Assembly: GCF_006345805.1 (NCBI RefSeq)
Contig: NC_043001.1
Span: 129,270,001-129,334,000 of the forward strand
Length of the DNA stretch: 64,000 nt
Reading direction: 5' to 3'
Origin: Octopus sinensis
Taxonomy: Eukaryota
The notes beneath the pieces were generated by a model. It did no database searches. It had not been told where the DNA came from and saw only the letters and a program-made list of their open reading frames with translations. Shown piece by piece: positions 17,636 to 28,977 of this stretch (positions are counted from its first letter, which is position 1; every line of letters starts with the position of its first letter). A program made the translations under genes and the position numbers.

Positions 17636-18610
17636 AACACATAAAAATATAAACATAAACACACACACAAATATAAATGCCTATATATATATATATAATA
17701 TATATATATATATATTATATATATACATACACGCAGACATACATATACACTTATATACACAATATGAGTATGTGTGTGAGTGCATGTTTCTCTCCCTCTC
17801 TCTCTCTCATTCTGTATATGTATGTATATATATATAAGTATACATATACATGTATACATATGCACACACACACATGTACATACACACACATACATGTTTG
17901 TTTGTGCGCCTATATATGCATAAGTGACTTGTCTGTGACACGTATATGGATGAGAAAATGTATTATAACACCACAAGTACTGATTCTTACTTTGACAAAT
18001 CAGCTTTCAATCTTAAAGGCCCCTATCTACTTCATATCTCTAAAGTTTTGTTTTTGAAAAAAAAAGACAAAAAATAACAAAAAAAAAAACCAAAGAAAAT
18101 CTACCAAACTGTCAAATGAGTACTTAAAAAAACATGATTTAGAAACAAAAAAATGCTGTTTTTTTTTCCTTTTCACTTTAAAATCAACATTAACAAAATA
18201 GAATAGAGTTTGCTTTTTTTTTCCATTGATTTAAAAGTGCCATATCATTTATGATAGTTTTGAAATAAATAAAAAACTAGGAATATATGCATACATATAT
18301 GTATATAGTATGTGCAAACACAATGTAAATACATACACAAATGCACACGTACATACACATAATTAAATGAAATAAATTTAATGTTTAAAAACTTCTAACA
18401 TCAGGGGTAATAAGAAATAATAAAGAAAGGAACATATAACATATAATATACATAAGCGCATACACATAGTTACATACATAAAATATACATGTGTGTAAAT
18501 GTATACACACACACACACACATATATATATATACACACACCCAAATAAGTATATATATATACTCTTTTACTTGTTTCAGTCATTTGACTGTGGCCATGCT
18601 GGAGCACCGT

Positions 18611-18653
<43 letters not shown>

Positions 18654-18772
18654 AATAAATATATCTATATACATATACAATTAAATATATACACACACAT
18701 ACATTTTTATATGTATGCAAACAAATATATACATATATACAAATAAATATATACACATATATATTCAAATAA

Positions 18773-18813
<41 letters not shown>

Positions 18814-19180
18814 AATAAATATATATATATACTAATAAATATATACATATATAATATAAGTATATTCATACGCATATACATACATACATTTCCACATACA
18901 CCTAATTGAAAAATTTATTATGCAATGAAATAATAAACTAAAATAGTCTCACACGAAGCAAAAACAAATCATAAATATAAAGCATTCAAAAAGAAGTCCT
19001 AAAATTATTATTAGTATTAAGATGACTAAATGATAATGATGATAATGATGATAATGATGATGATGTGGTGAGTGGTAGTGGTTGTGGTGATGGAAATTGG
19101 TTTGAAATGATGGTGACAGTGAAAATATTCCTACATTAAGTCCTATGACACAAACTATTTCAAACCCCTAAATTGGATTG

Positions 19181-19941
19181 TTGTTTTATGTTATGAGGAA
19201 GAATGCTAGTTAAAATAATATAATTGAAGTGGTCTAATACTTCGTACCCAGGCACATTAAGTTTTGATGAAGAGCCTATTGCTCAAATAATCAAACTTAT
19301 TTTCTCCTGTTGTTTTATGTTATGAGGAAGAATGCTAGTTAAAATAATTGAAGTGGTCTAATACTTCGTACCCAGGCACATGAAATTTTTGATGAAGAGC
19401 CTATTGCTCAAATAATCAAACTTATTTTCTTCTGTTGTTTTATGTTATGAGGAAGAATGCTAGTTAAAATAATAATTGAAGTGGTCTAATACTTCGTACC
19501 CAGGCACATGAAATTTTTGATGAAGAGCCTATTGCTCAAATAATCAAACTTATTTTCTTCTGTTGTTTTATGTTATGAGGAAGAATGCTAGTTAAAATAA
19601 TAATTGAAGTGGTCTAATACTTCGTACTCAGGCACATTAATTTTTGATGAAGAGCCTATTGCTCAAATAATCAAACTTATTTTCTCCTGTTGTTTTATGT
19701 TATGAGGAAGAATGCTAGTTAAAATAATAATTGAAGTGGTCTAATACTTCATACCCAGGCAAATTAATTTTTGATGAAGAGCCTATTGCTCAAATAATCA
19801 AACTTATTTTCTTCTGTTGTTTTATGTTATGAGGAAAATGCTAGTTAAAATAATAATTGAAGTGGTCTAATACTTCGTACCCAGGCACATTAATTTTTGA
19901 TGAAGAGCCTATTGCTCAAATAGTCAAACTTATTTTCTCCT
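19181..19941. repeat. Tandem array, 6 copies of a ~125-129 bp unit
   Basis: Unit start ttgttttatgttatgagg at 19181, 19310, 19435, 19563, 19690 and 19817; copies are nearly identical. Confidence 0.97.
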
Positions 19942-20159
19942 AGTAACTAAATATATTTAAAATTACTTCACTTCCGCTTTGAATATTTTCTACTAATAAG
20001 GATCCTTACAGGGTTCCTTCAATTTAGGGTTTTATTTTATGTTATTGGCAGATAGTTTATTTTACTGACACTGGCACAATTTGAACTCAGAATGTAAACA
20101 GTTGTAACTAATTACTACACAATTTTGACAATGGCAATCCATCATTTAACCAGTCTGAC

Positions 20160-21380
20160 ACTAACAGCCATCATGATAATATTGATAATAATAGTGTTTC
20201 CAAATTTTGGCCCATGGTCAGTAATTTTCAGAAGGGAGGAAGTTGATTACCTCAACCCCATTGCTCAAGTGGTACTGATTTTATCAACTTTGAAAGGATG
20301 AAAGGCAAAGCTGACTGCAGAATTTGAACTCAGAATGTAAGGCCAGAAGAAATGGTGTTAAGTATATTATCTGGTGTGCTAACAATTCTGCCAGCTCACC
20401 ACCTTAATAATAATGGTAAAAATAATAAAGATTTCAAATTTTGGCATAAGGCCAGCAATTTCAGAGGAGGGGATAAGTTGATTACTTTGACCCCAGCACT
20501 CAACTGGTACTTGTTTTATCGACCCTGAAAGGACGAAAGGCAAAGTCTACTGTGGCAGAATTTAAACTCAGAAGTTAAAGATGAACAAAATGTTGCAAAG
20601 CATTTTCCCCAATGTGTTAAGGATTCTGCCAGCTTGCCGCCTAAATAATAATAATAATAATAATGATGACGACGACGACGATGATGATGATGGTGGTGGT
20701 GGTGGTGGTGGTGATGGTAGTGGTGATAGTGATGATGGTGGTGATGATGATAATGATGATGAGGAAGAGGAGGAGGATGATGATGACAGTAATCCTTTCT
20801 ACTAAAGGCACTAGGTCTGAAATTTGGGGGTAGGAATTAGTCGATTACATCAATGCCAGTGTTTCACTGGTACTTAATTTATCGACCCTGAAAGGATGAA
20901 AGGTAAAGTCGATCCCAGTGGAATCTGAACTCAGAATGTAAAGATTGATGAAATGCTGCTAAGCATTCTTCCCAGCATGCTAATGATTCTACCAGCTTAT
21001 CAGCTTAATAATAATAATATAATAATAATAATAATAATAATAATGTTTCAAATTGTAGCACAAAGCTGGAAATTTTAAGGAGAGAGAGGTTTTAGTAGTA
21101 ACATTGCTCCCAGTGCTTGACAGGTATATCATTTCATTAACCTTCCAAGAATGACAGGTGAAGGTGACTTCAGAAAGATTTGAATTTAGAATATAAAGAC
21201 TTAAAGGAAATAGTGCCAATGCTCTAGCAGTTCTGCCAATTCACAAGAATAATTTCTAATATACATGACCATAACAATTTTGAGGGGAGAGGTTATTCAA
21301 TGAAATTACTCCCAATAACTAACTGATTCTTTTTTGAAGTGATTGAAAGTGAAATTGGTCTCAGTAAGATTTGAACTCAC
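20160..21380 (-). mobile_element. Cluster of ~5 same-orientation decayed SINE family B copies separated by (TAA)n/(GAT)n
   Basis: Recurrent gaaaggatgaaaggcaaag..gaatttgaactcagaatgtaa blocks near 20290, 20530, 20890, 21150 and 21370. Confidence 0.75.
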
Positions 21381-21392
21381 TATGTAAATAAC

Positions 21393-21705
21393 TGTGGAGG
21401 TGCAATGGCCTAGTGGTTAGGGCAGCGGACTCACGGTCATAGGATCGTGGTTTCGATTCCCAGACCAGGCATTGTGAGTATTTATTGAGCGAAAACACCC
21501 AAAGCTCCACGAGGGTCCGGCAGGGCGGTGGCGATCCCTGCTGTACACTTTTGCCACAACTTTCTCTCACTCTTTCTTCTGTTGGCCTGCTTGCTTAGCC
21601 AGCGGGGTGGCGTCATTTGAAGGCTAAAAAATCTGAAGCGCATTGTGACCAGCGATGTGTAACAACATCTGATAGCCTGGTCGGTCGCGGTGATCGGTGA
21701 TCAGT
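21393..21705 (+). mobile_element. SINE family C
   Basis: tgtggaggtgcaatggcctagtggttagggcagcggactc.. head with A- and B-box-like motifs; same tail as 7394-7712. Confidence 0.85.
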
Positions 21706-22038
21706 GATGTAAATAACTAGAACAAACACCATAATACTTTAATGATTTGGTCAACCTATCACATTTAATTGTAACTGGTTTAGACACAAAACGTCACTTT
21801 GAGGAGAATTGTTAGTCAATATCATTGGCACCATCCACTCCCAGAATTTAACTGGTATTGTATTTTACTGAACTGAGACGTGTGGAAGGTGAAATTGTGA
21901 GTGAAATTTTTGTAAGATTTGAACTCAGAATGTAAAGCATCAAATGTTTTGACGTGCTAATCTTTCTGTAAATAATGTTTTTAACCTTATAATAAAATTC
22001 TCAACATGGTAATAATAATGTCATCTTAGTTACTACAG

Positions 22039-22055
22039 TAGAAGAAGAAGAAGAA

Positions 22056-22087
<32 letters not shown>

Positions 22088-22390
22088 AAACGAAGAAGAA
22101 GAGGAAGAAGAAAACGAAGAAGAAGAAGAAGAGAAGAAGAAGAAGAGAAGAAGAAAACGAAGAAGAGAGAAGAAGAAAGAAGAAGAAATTGAAGAAGAAA
22201 GAAGAAGAAGAAGAAGAAGAAATTGAAGAAGAAAAAGAAGAAGAAGAAAAAGATGAAACAGAAGAAGAAGATGAAAAAGAAGAAGAAAAAGAAGAAGAAA
22301 AAGAAGATGAAACAGAAGAAGAAGAAAAAGAAGATGAAAAAGAAGAGGAAGCAGAAGAAGAAGAAGAAGAAGAACAACAACAACAACAAA
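22039..22390 (+). repeat. (GAA)n-rich polypurine tract
   Basis: Directly visible; the source of the poly-Glu/Lys ORFs. Confidence 0.95.
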
Positions 22391-22532
22391 AGTATATTAA
22401 AATGGGAGTATCTGGTATTTAAAGAAATTTGAGGAATTGAATCAAAGCAGAAAATATTTTTGCATTAAAAAAAAAAAGGAATACTTGATTTGAAAACGAA
22501 CAGGTTCAGAGAGAATATAAAAACATTTTATT

Positions 22533-22583
<51 letters not shown>

Positions 22584-23073
22584 TGTCTCCGTCTCCCTTC
22601 AAGTGTCTTGTTCTCAATGTCCCCCACCCCACCCCTACAGTCACATATTCATACACACGAATATCCAAATGGAATACAAGGAATCTATAAATAAATATAC
22701 ATTTCATAATATTAATTATAATTTGAACAGTGAGTGGCAGAATTATAAGAGTAGTGGACAAATTGACTACCAGCACTTAATTACCTCCTTTTCATATCCT
22801 GGTTTCAAGTCCTGCCAACACTGAATTTATTCTCCTCAGAAGCCCAGTTTTTAATTAATAAATTATGACTATTATTTAGTACTAGTATTCTCATTGATGA
22901 ATTTAGGGCTGCCTTAGCAGTATTGTAGGCTCTTAGGCAAATCAATGCCTTGGGTTCAATAGCATTTATTTATTGTCAGCAAGCCACAAAATGCATAAAT
23001 CAGAACTGGGTCCCTAGACCTGTGAGGTCCCTTAGCAGTGACCCAGTGTGCCCATGTCTTCAGACAGTCCAAG

Positions 23074-23770
23074 TACGGCTGTGTGGTAAGAAGCTTGCTT
23101 TCTAGCCATATAGTTCTGAGCTCAGTCCCAATGTGTGGCACCTTGGGCAAGGGTCGCCTATGATAGCCTTGGGCTGACCAAAGTCTTGTGAGTGGCTCAG
23201 GTAGATGGAAACTGAAAGAAACTCATCGTGCCACCACCACCGCCACCGCTGCCGCCACCGCCACCGCCACCAGCATCACCACCATCGTTTAACGTCCGCT
23301 TTCCATGCTGGCATTGGTTTGTACGGTTCTGACTGAGCTGAAATTTACAGCAAAACAAAAGATGAAGACAGGTGTATGAACAACAAGCAGGTGTATTATT
23401 TTGATACTTGGGAAAGTGAGAAAGTCTTTTACATTTCGAGCCTATGCTCTTCAACAGAAAGGAATAAGAGAAAATAAACAGAGAGAGAATAAAAGAACTT
23501 GTGGATTTAGTGATCAAGCATATATATATATGTGTGTGTATATCTCTATGTGTGTGTGTCTTTGTGTCTGTGTTTGTCCCACCACCACTGCTTGAAACCA
23601 GTGTTGTTCTGTTTGTGTCCCCGTAACTTAACAGTTTGGCAAAAGAGACCGATAGAATAAGTACCACATTTAAAAAGAAAACAAAAGTACTGGAATCGAT
23701 TCACTCGACTAAAAATTCTTCAAGGCAGTGCCCCAGCATGGCCACAGTCAAGTTACTGACAAGTAAAAGG
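23074..23770 (+). mobile_element. SINE family A carrying nested inserts (RTE tail ~23226-23335 and a Penelope-like terminus, both minus)
   Basis: The family A head and tail are separated by the rc RTE tail (catcgtttaacgtccgctttccatgctggca) and the Penelope-like segment. Confidence 0.7.
23338..23515 (-). mobile_element. Penelope-like element terminal repeat with a minimal hammerhead-like motif (23426-23461)
   Basis: Minus strand CUUU-CUGUUGA-A-GAGC(AUAG)GCUC-GAAA-UGUA-AAAG. Related segments recur at 44440-44515 and 54138-54345. Confidence 0.6.
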
Positions 23771-24013
23771 AAAAGAAATGGATAATGGATATTTTAATAG
23801 AATCTGTTCTCCATATTCTTGGGGGCTATTTTATTGTTTTACTTGTTTTAGTTTTTTGGCCATGTTAGGTCACCACTATGAAGAGCTTTAGTTGATCATA
23901 CTGGCCCCAGTAATTAATTTTTAAAGTCTGGTACTTATTGATCCTCTACTAAGTTACAGAACATTAAAAAAAACACACACATACATACATATATACATAC
24001 ATACATACATACA

Positions 24014-24217
24014 TATGAGGAAGGGGTTTTAAGGATATCATGAAATGCCTGGTTGGAGGCCCAACATTCCGAGTTCTTTTACAGGGTTTCGAAAAACAGA
24101 AGGACCACTGCAATAAGTGTGTAAAACTGAGAGGGGAATATGTTCAATAAAATTATAATTAACTGATTCTCCTGTATTTTCTTTTACCCAAAGCCATGAA
24201 CTTTTCAGCACCCCCTA
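24014..24217 (-). mobile_element. Mariner-type MITE (partial)
   Basis: Reverse-orientation relative of 55969-56179; ends aaagccatgaacttttcagcacccc-ta. Confidence 0.55.
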
Positions 24218-24322
24218 CCTACCTACCTACCTACCTACCTACCTACCTACATACATACATACATACATACATACATACATACATACATACATACATACAA
24301 ACAAACAATGGCTCACTTTGGA

Positions 24323-24672
24323 TAAAAGGGTAAAGAGCCCCTTCGGTCATGAATGACCATGAAATTGCACCTAGGAAGCTCCCCTCAGAGGCACAAGCCC
24401 AGGCAAGGTTGTTTATGGAAAACCAGTAGTCACCCATGCATACATGGATAGGCCTCCCCTATCCATGCCACCTATGTTATTCAAGGGAAGGGCAAAACCT
24501 GATACAGCTTGGCACCAGTGACGTGGCAACTCATTTCTACAGCTGAGTGAACAGGAGCAATGTGAAATAAAGTGACTTGCTCAAGAACACAACACACATG
24601 CAGGTCTGGGAATTGAACTCACTACCTCATGATTTTGAGCCTGATGCTCTAACTACTGAGACAAGCCCCTCC
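24323..24672 (-). mobile_element. tRNA-derived SINE family E
   Basis: Shares head and central domain with family D (cagctgagtgaacaggagcaatgtgaaataaagtgacttgctcaag) but has a different tail, also seen at 26412-26655. Confidence 0.75.
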
Positions 24673-25442
24673 ATTGAGGCTATAGTAAAAGACATTTGCC
24701 CATGATGCCATTCAATGGAACTGTACCCAGAGACTTCTTAGCCACACAATCATATACATTTTTTCTTTGTCTTTTTCTTTAATAATTTTTCTATATCTAT
24801 TTTAATTTCTATAAATTTCTCTACTTGAATGTGTATAAATGTGTGTGTGTATATATATATATATATGATGACATGTTCAAAGTCTATATATGTATATGTA
24901 CTGGTGTATGTATTTTATGTTAGTTTTATTTCTATTTCTATTTGTGTATGAATTATATATTTTTCTCCTCAATATTTTTTCACATGTCATCAAAATATAA
25001 AAAATATAATAAAAAAAACCAAACTAATTTATATTTTTTATGGCAGACATCATATTCATCAGAAACGACTGGTTTCTTGTGGAAATTTTGATAGATCACG
25101 ATAAAAAGCATCAGCGGACAGTTGATGCAAACAAGAATTGAAAACTTGACAAGATTTGCTTTTTATTTATTCATTTGTATTATTTTTTTAGAATATCTAT
25201 TTATTGCTTTCTTTTTTCCTACTTAAAATAGTGCAAGGGATAGGAATTAATATAAATTTGTTTTATAAGTTTTTGTCTCTTGTTTTTTTTTCCTTGCTTT
25301 TAATCTGTTATTCTTATTTATAATTTTATTTTCATCACACCTGAATTGCTATTTACTTTTGGGGGTGGAGAGTAGGCGTGTCAAAGAGAAATTTTGAGAT
25401 AGAGGGAGTAAAAACGAAAGTATAGTGGTTGGTGTCTCTCAC

Positions 25443-25489
25443 CTGTCAAGTTAAACCTCTGTCTCCTTGGCTGCATGTGAGAGATAAGT
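25443..25489 (-). CDS. Candidate 47 nt internal exon (LISHMQPRRQRFNLT), unverified
   Basis: tctgtctgttttgaag| acceptor and CAG|GTGAGA donor; one open frame; phase 2-1. Confidence 0.2.
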
Positions 25490-25730
25490 CTTCAAAACAG
25501 ACAGATTTGTTGAAAAAGTAAAGCATTAGACAAACTGGCTTATATGATTTAAGTTTCTCTCTTTTTTCTCCAAGTTCAAAACTCTAAGAGGTTGACTTTA
25601 CTTTTCATCTTTCTGGATTTCAATAAAATAAATACAGGGGTGAAGACAAGTACAAATGCTTCACACTCAAAAATATGAGTTGAAGTCGACTTTGCTTTTC
25701 ATCCTTTGGGGTCAACAAATTAAGTACCTA

Positions 25731-25950
25731 TTTCTTTATTACCCACAAGGGGCTAAACACAGAGGGGACAAACAAGGACAGACATAGGTATTAAGTCGAT
25801 TACATCGACCCCAGTGCGTAACTGGTACTTAATTTATCGACCCTGAAAGGATGAAAGGCAAAGTCGACCTCGGCGGAATTTGAACTCACAACGTAACGCA
25901 GACGAAATACCGCTAAGCATTTCGCCCAGCGTGCTAACGTTTCTGCCAGC
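25731..25950 (-). mobile_element. Young SINE family B
   Basis: Close reverse complement of 7127-7355. Confidence 0.85.
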
Positions 25951-26125
25951 ACACCACTGATGTGGGGTTGGTATTCTTGTGGCTTGAAGACACCTCAACA
26001 AATTAAGTACCAGTTGAGCACTGGGGTTGATATAATCGCCCAGTTCCCTCCCCCAGACCTTGAGCCTATAGTAGAAAGGATTGTTATTATTATTATTATT
26101 GCTATTATCATTATTATTAATAATG

Positions 26126-26329
26126 CGGTGGGCTGGCAGAATCGTTAGCATGTTAGACGAAATGCTTAGTGGTATGTCAGCTATTGCTATGTTTTGAGTT
26201 CAAATTCTGCCAAGGTCAACTTTGCCTTTCATTCTCTTAGGGTTGATAAATCAAGTTCCAGTGAAACACTGGGATCGATGTAGTCGACTTATCCCCTCCC
26301 CTAAAATGGCTGCCCTTGTGGCAAAATTA

Positions 26330-26330
<1 letters not shown>
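26126..26330 (+). mobile_element. SINE family B
   Basis: gcggtgggctggcagaatcgttagca..gagttcaaattctgccaaggtcaactttgcc. Confidence 0.75.
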
Positions 26331-26364
<34 letters not shown>

Positions 26365-26411
26365 AATAATAGTAATAATAATAATAATAATATATTGTAA
26401 TTATTACAAGA

Positions 26412-26655
26412 CACTTTATTTCACATTGCTCCAGTTCATTCAGCTGTAGAAATGAGTTGTGACATCACAAGTGCCAAACTGTATTGGCTTTTGCCTTTCT
26501 CTCGGATACCATCAGTGGTATGAAGAGGGGAGACTGGTAAACATGGGAAACTGTTGGTCTTCCATAAACAACCTTGCCCAAACTTATACTTCAGAGGGGA
26601 ACTTTCTAGGGTCCATTCCCATGGTCATTCATGACTGAAGAGGGTCTTTACTTTT
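26412..26655 (+). mobile_element. 5'-truncated SINE family E
   Basis: Reverse complement of the central and tail part of 24323-24672. Confidence 0.65.
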
Positions 26656-26667
26656 ACACCTTACCTA

Positions 26668-27085
26668 TTACTCTTTACTCTTTTACTTGTTTCAGTCAGT
26701 TGACTGCGGCCATGCTGGAGCACCGCCTTTAGTCGAGCAACTCGACCCCGGGACTTATTCTTTGTAAGCCCAGTACTCATTCTATCGGTCTCTTTTGCCG
26801 AACCGCTAAGTGACGGGGACATAAACACACCAGCATCGGTTGTCAAGCAATGCTAGGGGGACAAACACAGACACACAAACATATACACACAAACACACAT
26901 ATATATATATATATATATATACATATATACGACGGGCTTCTTTCAGTTTCCGTCTACCAAATCCACTCACAAGGCTTTGGTCGGCCCGAGGCTATAGTAG
27001 AAGACACTTGGCCAAGGTGCCATGCAGTGGGACTGAACCCGGAACCATGTGGTTGGTATGCAACTTACCACACAGCCACTTCTGC
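26668..27085 (-). mobile_element. Young SINE family A
   Basis: Close reverse complement of 49656-50057, with an internal (TA/CA) linker. Confidence 0.88.
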
Positions 27086-27289
27086 ACCTTTATTTGTCAC
27101 CTTTATTTAAGCACTGAAAGTAATTACATATAAAATCATACGCGCAAAAAAGAAAATATTAAGACAAGGGAACTTACAAAATGTAAAGGGTAGAACAAAT
27201 GAGTTACATAAAAATTAGGAGAGGAGTGGGTTGATCAGTGCATCTTAAAACCCCAATTACAATAATGGTAATTGTTTCAAATTAGAATA

Positions 27290-28500
27290 CACAAGTAGCT
27301 GATTTGGAGGGGATAGGATTAGCCAATACTGTTGATCCTTGTACTTAACTGGTATTTATTTTACTGATCCTGGAAGCAGGAAGGGAAGGGAAAAGTCAAT
27401 CTCAGTAGGATTTGAACTCAAAAAATATAAAGCGTTGGAACAAATATTACAAGACATGTTTTTCCGATGCTCCAACGAATTTGCTAATTCACTGTCCTTC
27501 TGCGTTTCTAAATTAGATACAAGACAAGAAACTTTTGGGGGTAGGAGAACAGTTGATTCTATCAACTGTAGTAATTAACTGGTACTTTATTTTATCAGCC
27601 CTAAGAGGATGAAAGGCAGAGTAGACTACAGTGGGATTCTGAACTCAGAATATAAAGAACTAAAGCAAATGCTGCAAAGTATTCTGTGCATTCACTGGTC
27701 TAATAATAATAATAATAATAATGATGATGAATATAATAATAATGATAATAATAATGATGATAATAATAATGATGATGATGATGATAAAATAGAACAATCC
27801 ATATACACGAGACACACTCTAAATAGCAAATATCTAATGAAATAAACTACTACCATTAGGTTTAATACTCAATGCTTTACACACACAACACACATTACAA
27901 ACACTAATACAGCAAAAGACTGCATCATACCCCATAAAAAAAGAAACTGATGCAATACAATGCCAGGAAGAGTTTGCTTTCCCCCAACAACAAAAAAGAA
28001 TGCACAATACTACACCCCCAACCAGCAACATGGAGGTGTAGCAGGTGATGCAGCAGAAATTTACCTGAAGCTACCAAATTTTGAATAATAATAATAATAA
28101 TTACAATAATAATAATAACAACAATAATAACAACAATAATAACAACAATACCTGTTTTTGAGGGGAGGGGTTTAGTTGATACCATCAACTAGTACTTGAC
28201 TGGTAGTTTATTTTGTCAACCCTGGAGAAATGGAAGGTGGTGTTGACTTTGATAGAATTTGAACTCAGAATGTAAAGAGCTGGAGGAAATATTGCAAGAT
28301 TGCAAGGCATTTTGTCTGACTCCCTAACAGTTCTGTCAATCCACCACACTAATTGTTTCTGATTTTGACACAAAACCAGCAATTTTTAAGGTAGGGTGGG
28401 TTGGGGTTAGTCTATATCATGAACCCCAGTAATTAACCAGTTCATTACTCTATCATCTCTCAAAGCAGTTTTTTACCAATGCTCTAATGATTCTTTCTGC
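27290..28500 (-). mobile_element. Decayed SINE family B copies interspersed with (AAT)n
   Basis: Repeated aactggta..ttgaactcagaat blocks near 27345, 27580 and 28200. Confidence 0.55.
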
Positions 28501-28559
28501 TCGAGATATTGCAATTCCTTCTGATGAAAATATTGCCTCAAAAGAAGAGGAAAAGTTAT

Positions 28560-28655
<96 letters not shown>

Positions 28656-28658
28656 ATT

Positions 28659-28693
<35 letters not shown>

Positions 28694-28737
28694 TTATATA
28701 TATATATATTTATATATATATATATATATATATTTAT

Positions 28738-28905
28738 ATAAAATATTATTAGAGACAAAACCACTATTTTGCAAAACAAACAAGGAAAGACTTAATCAAT
28801 ACATAAAATTTTAATAAATAGTCAAAAAAAACCACCACTACATCGTTTCTTGTCTTGATCGACAATCTTCAGGTGGACTTCCAATAATTCAGTGTCAAAT
28901 TATTA
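28738..28905 (-). mobile_element. Penelope-like terminal repeat between (TA)n tracts
   Basis: Contains a minimal type I hammerhead motif, which is typical of Penelope termini. Family assignment rests on this motif. Confidence 0.55.
28835..28876 (-). ncRNA. Minimal type I hammerhead ribozyme motif
   Basis: CCAC-CUGAAGA-UUGUC(GAUCAA)GACAA-GAAAC(GAU)GUA-GUGG: stem I 4 bp, stem II 5 bp, stem III 2 bp, conserved core, GUA cleavage triplet. Confidence 0.65.
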
Positions 28906-28928
28906 TATATATATATATACCTAATATA

Positions 28929-28973
<45 letters not shown>

Positions 28974-28977
<4 letters not shown>

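Noticed and set aside
21393-21470. tRNA gene (also considered for other SINE heads)
   Set aside because: A/B-box-like motifs are present, but the sequence continues into SINE body and tail in multiple copies and gives no complete cloverleaf.
22189-22422. Glu-rich ORF
   Set aside because: Translation of the (GAA)n tract; other frames are equally open.
25045-25145. Possible terminal exon on either strand
   Set aside because: The minus-strand acceptor lacks a pyrimidine tract, and the plus-strand reading has no linked upstream exon; undecidable from sequence.
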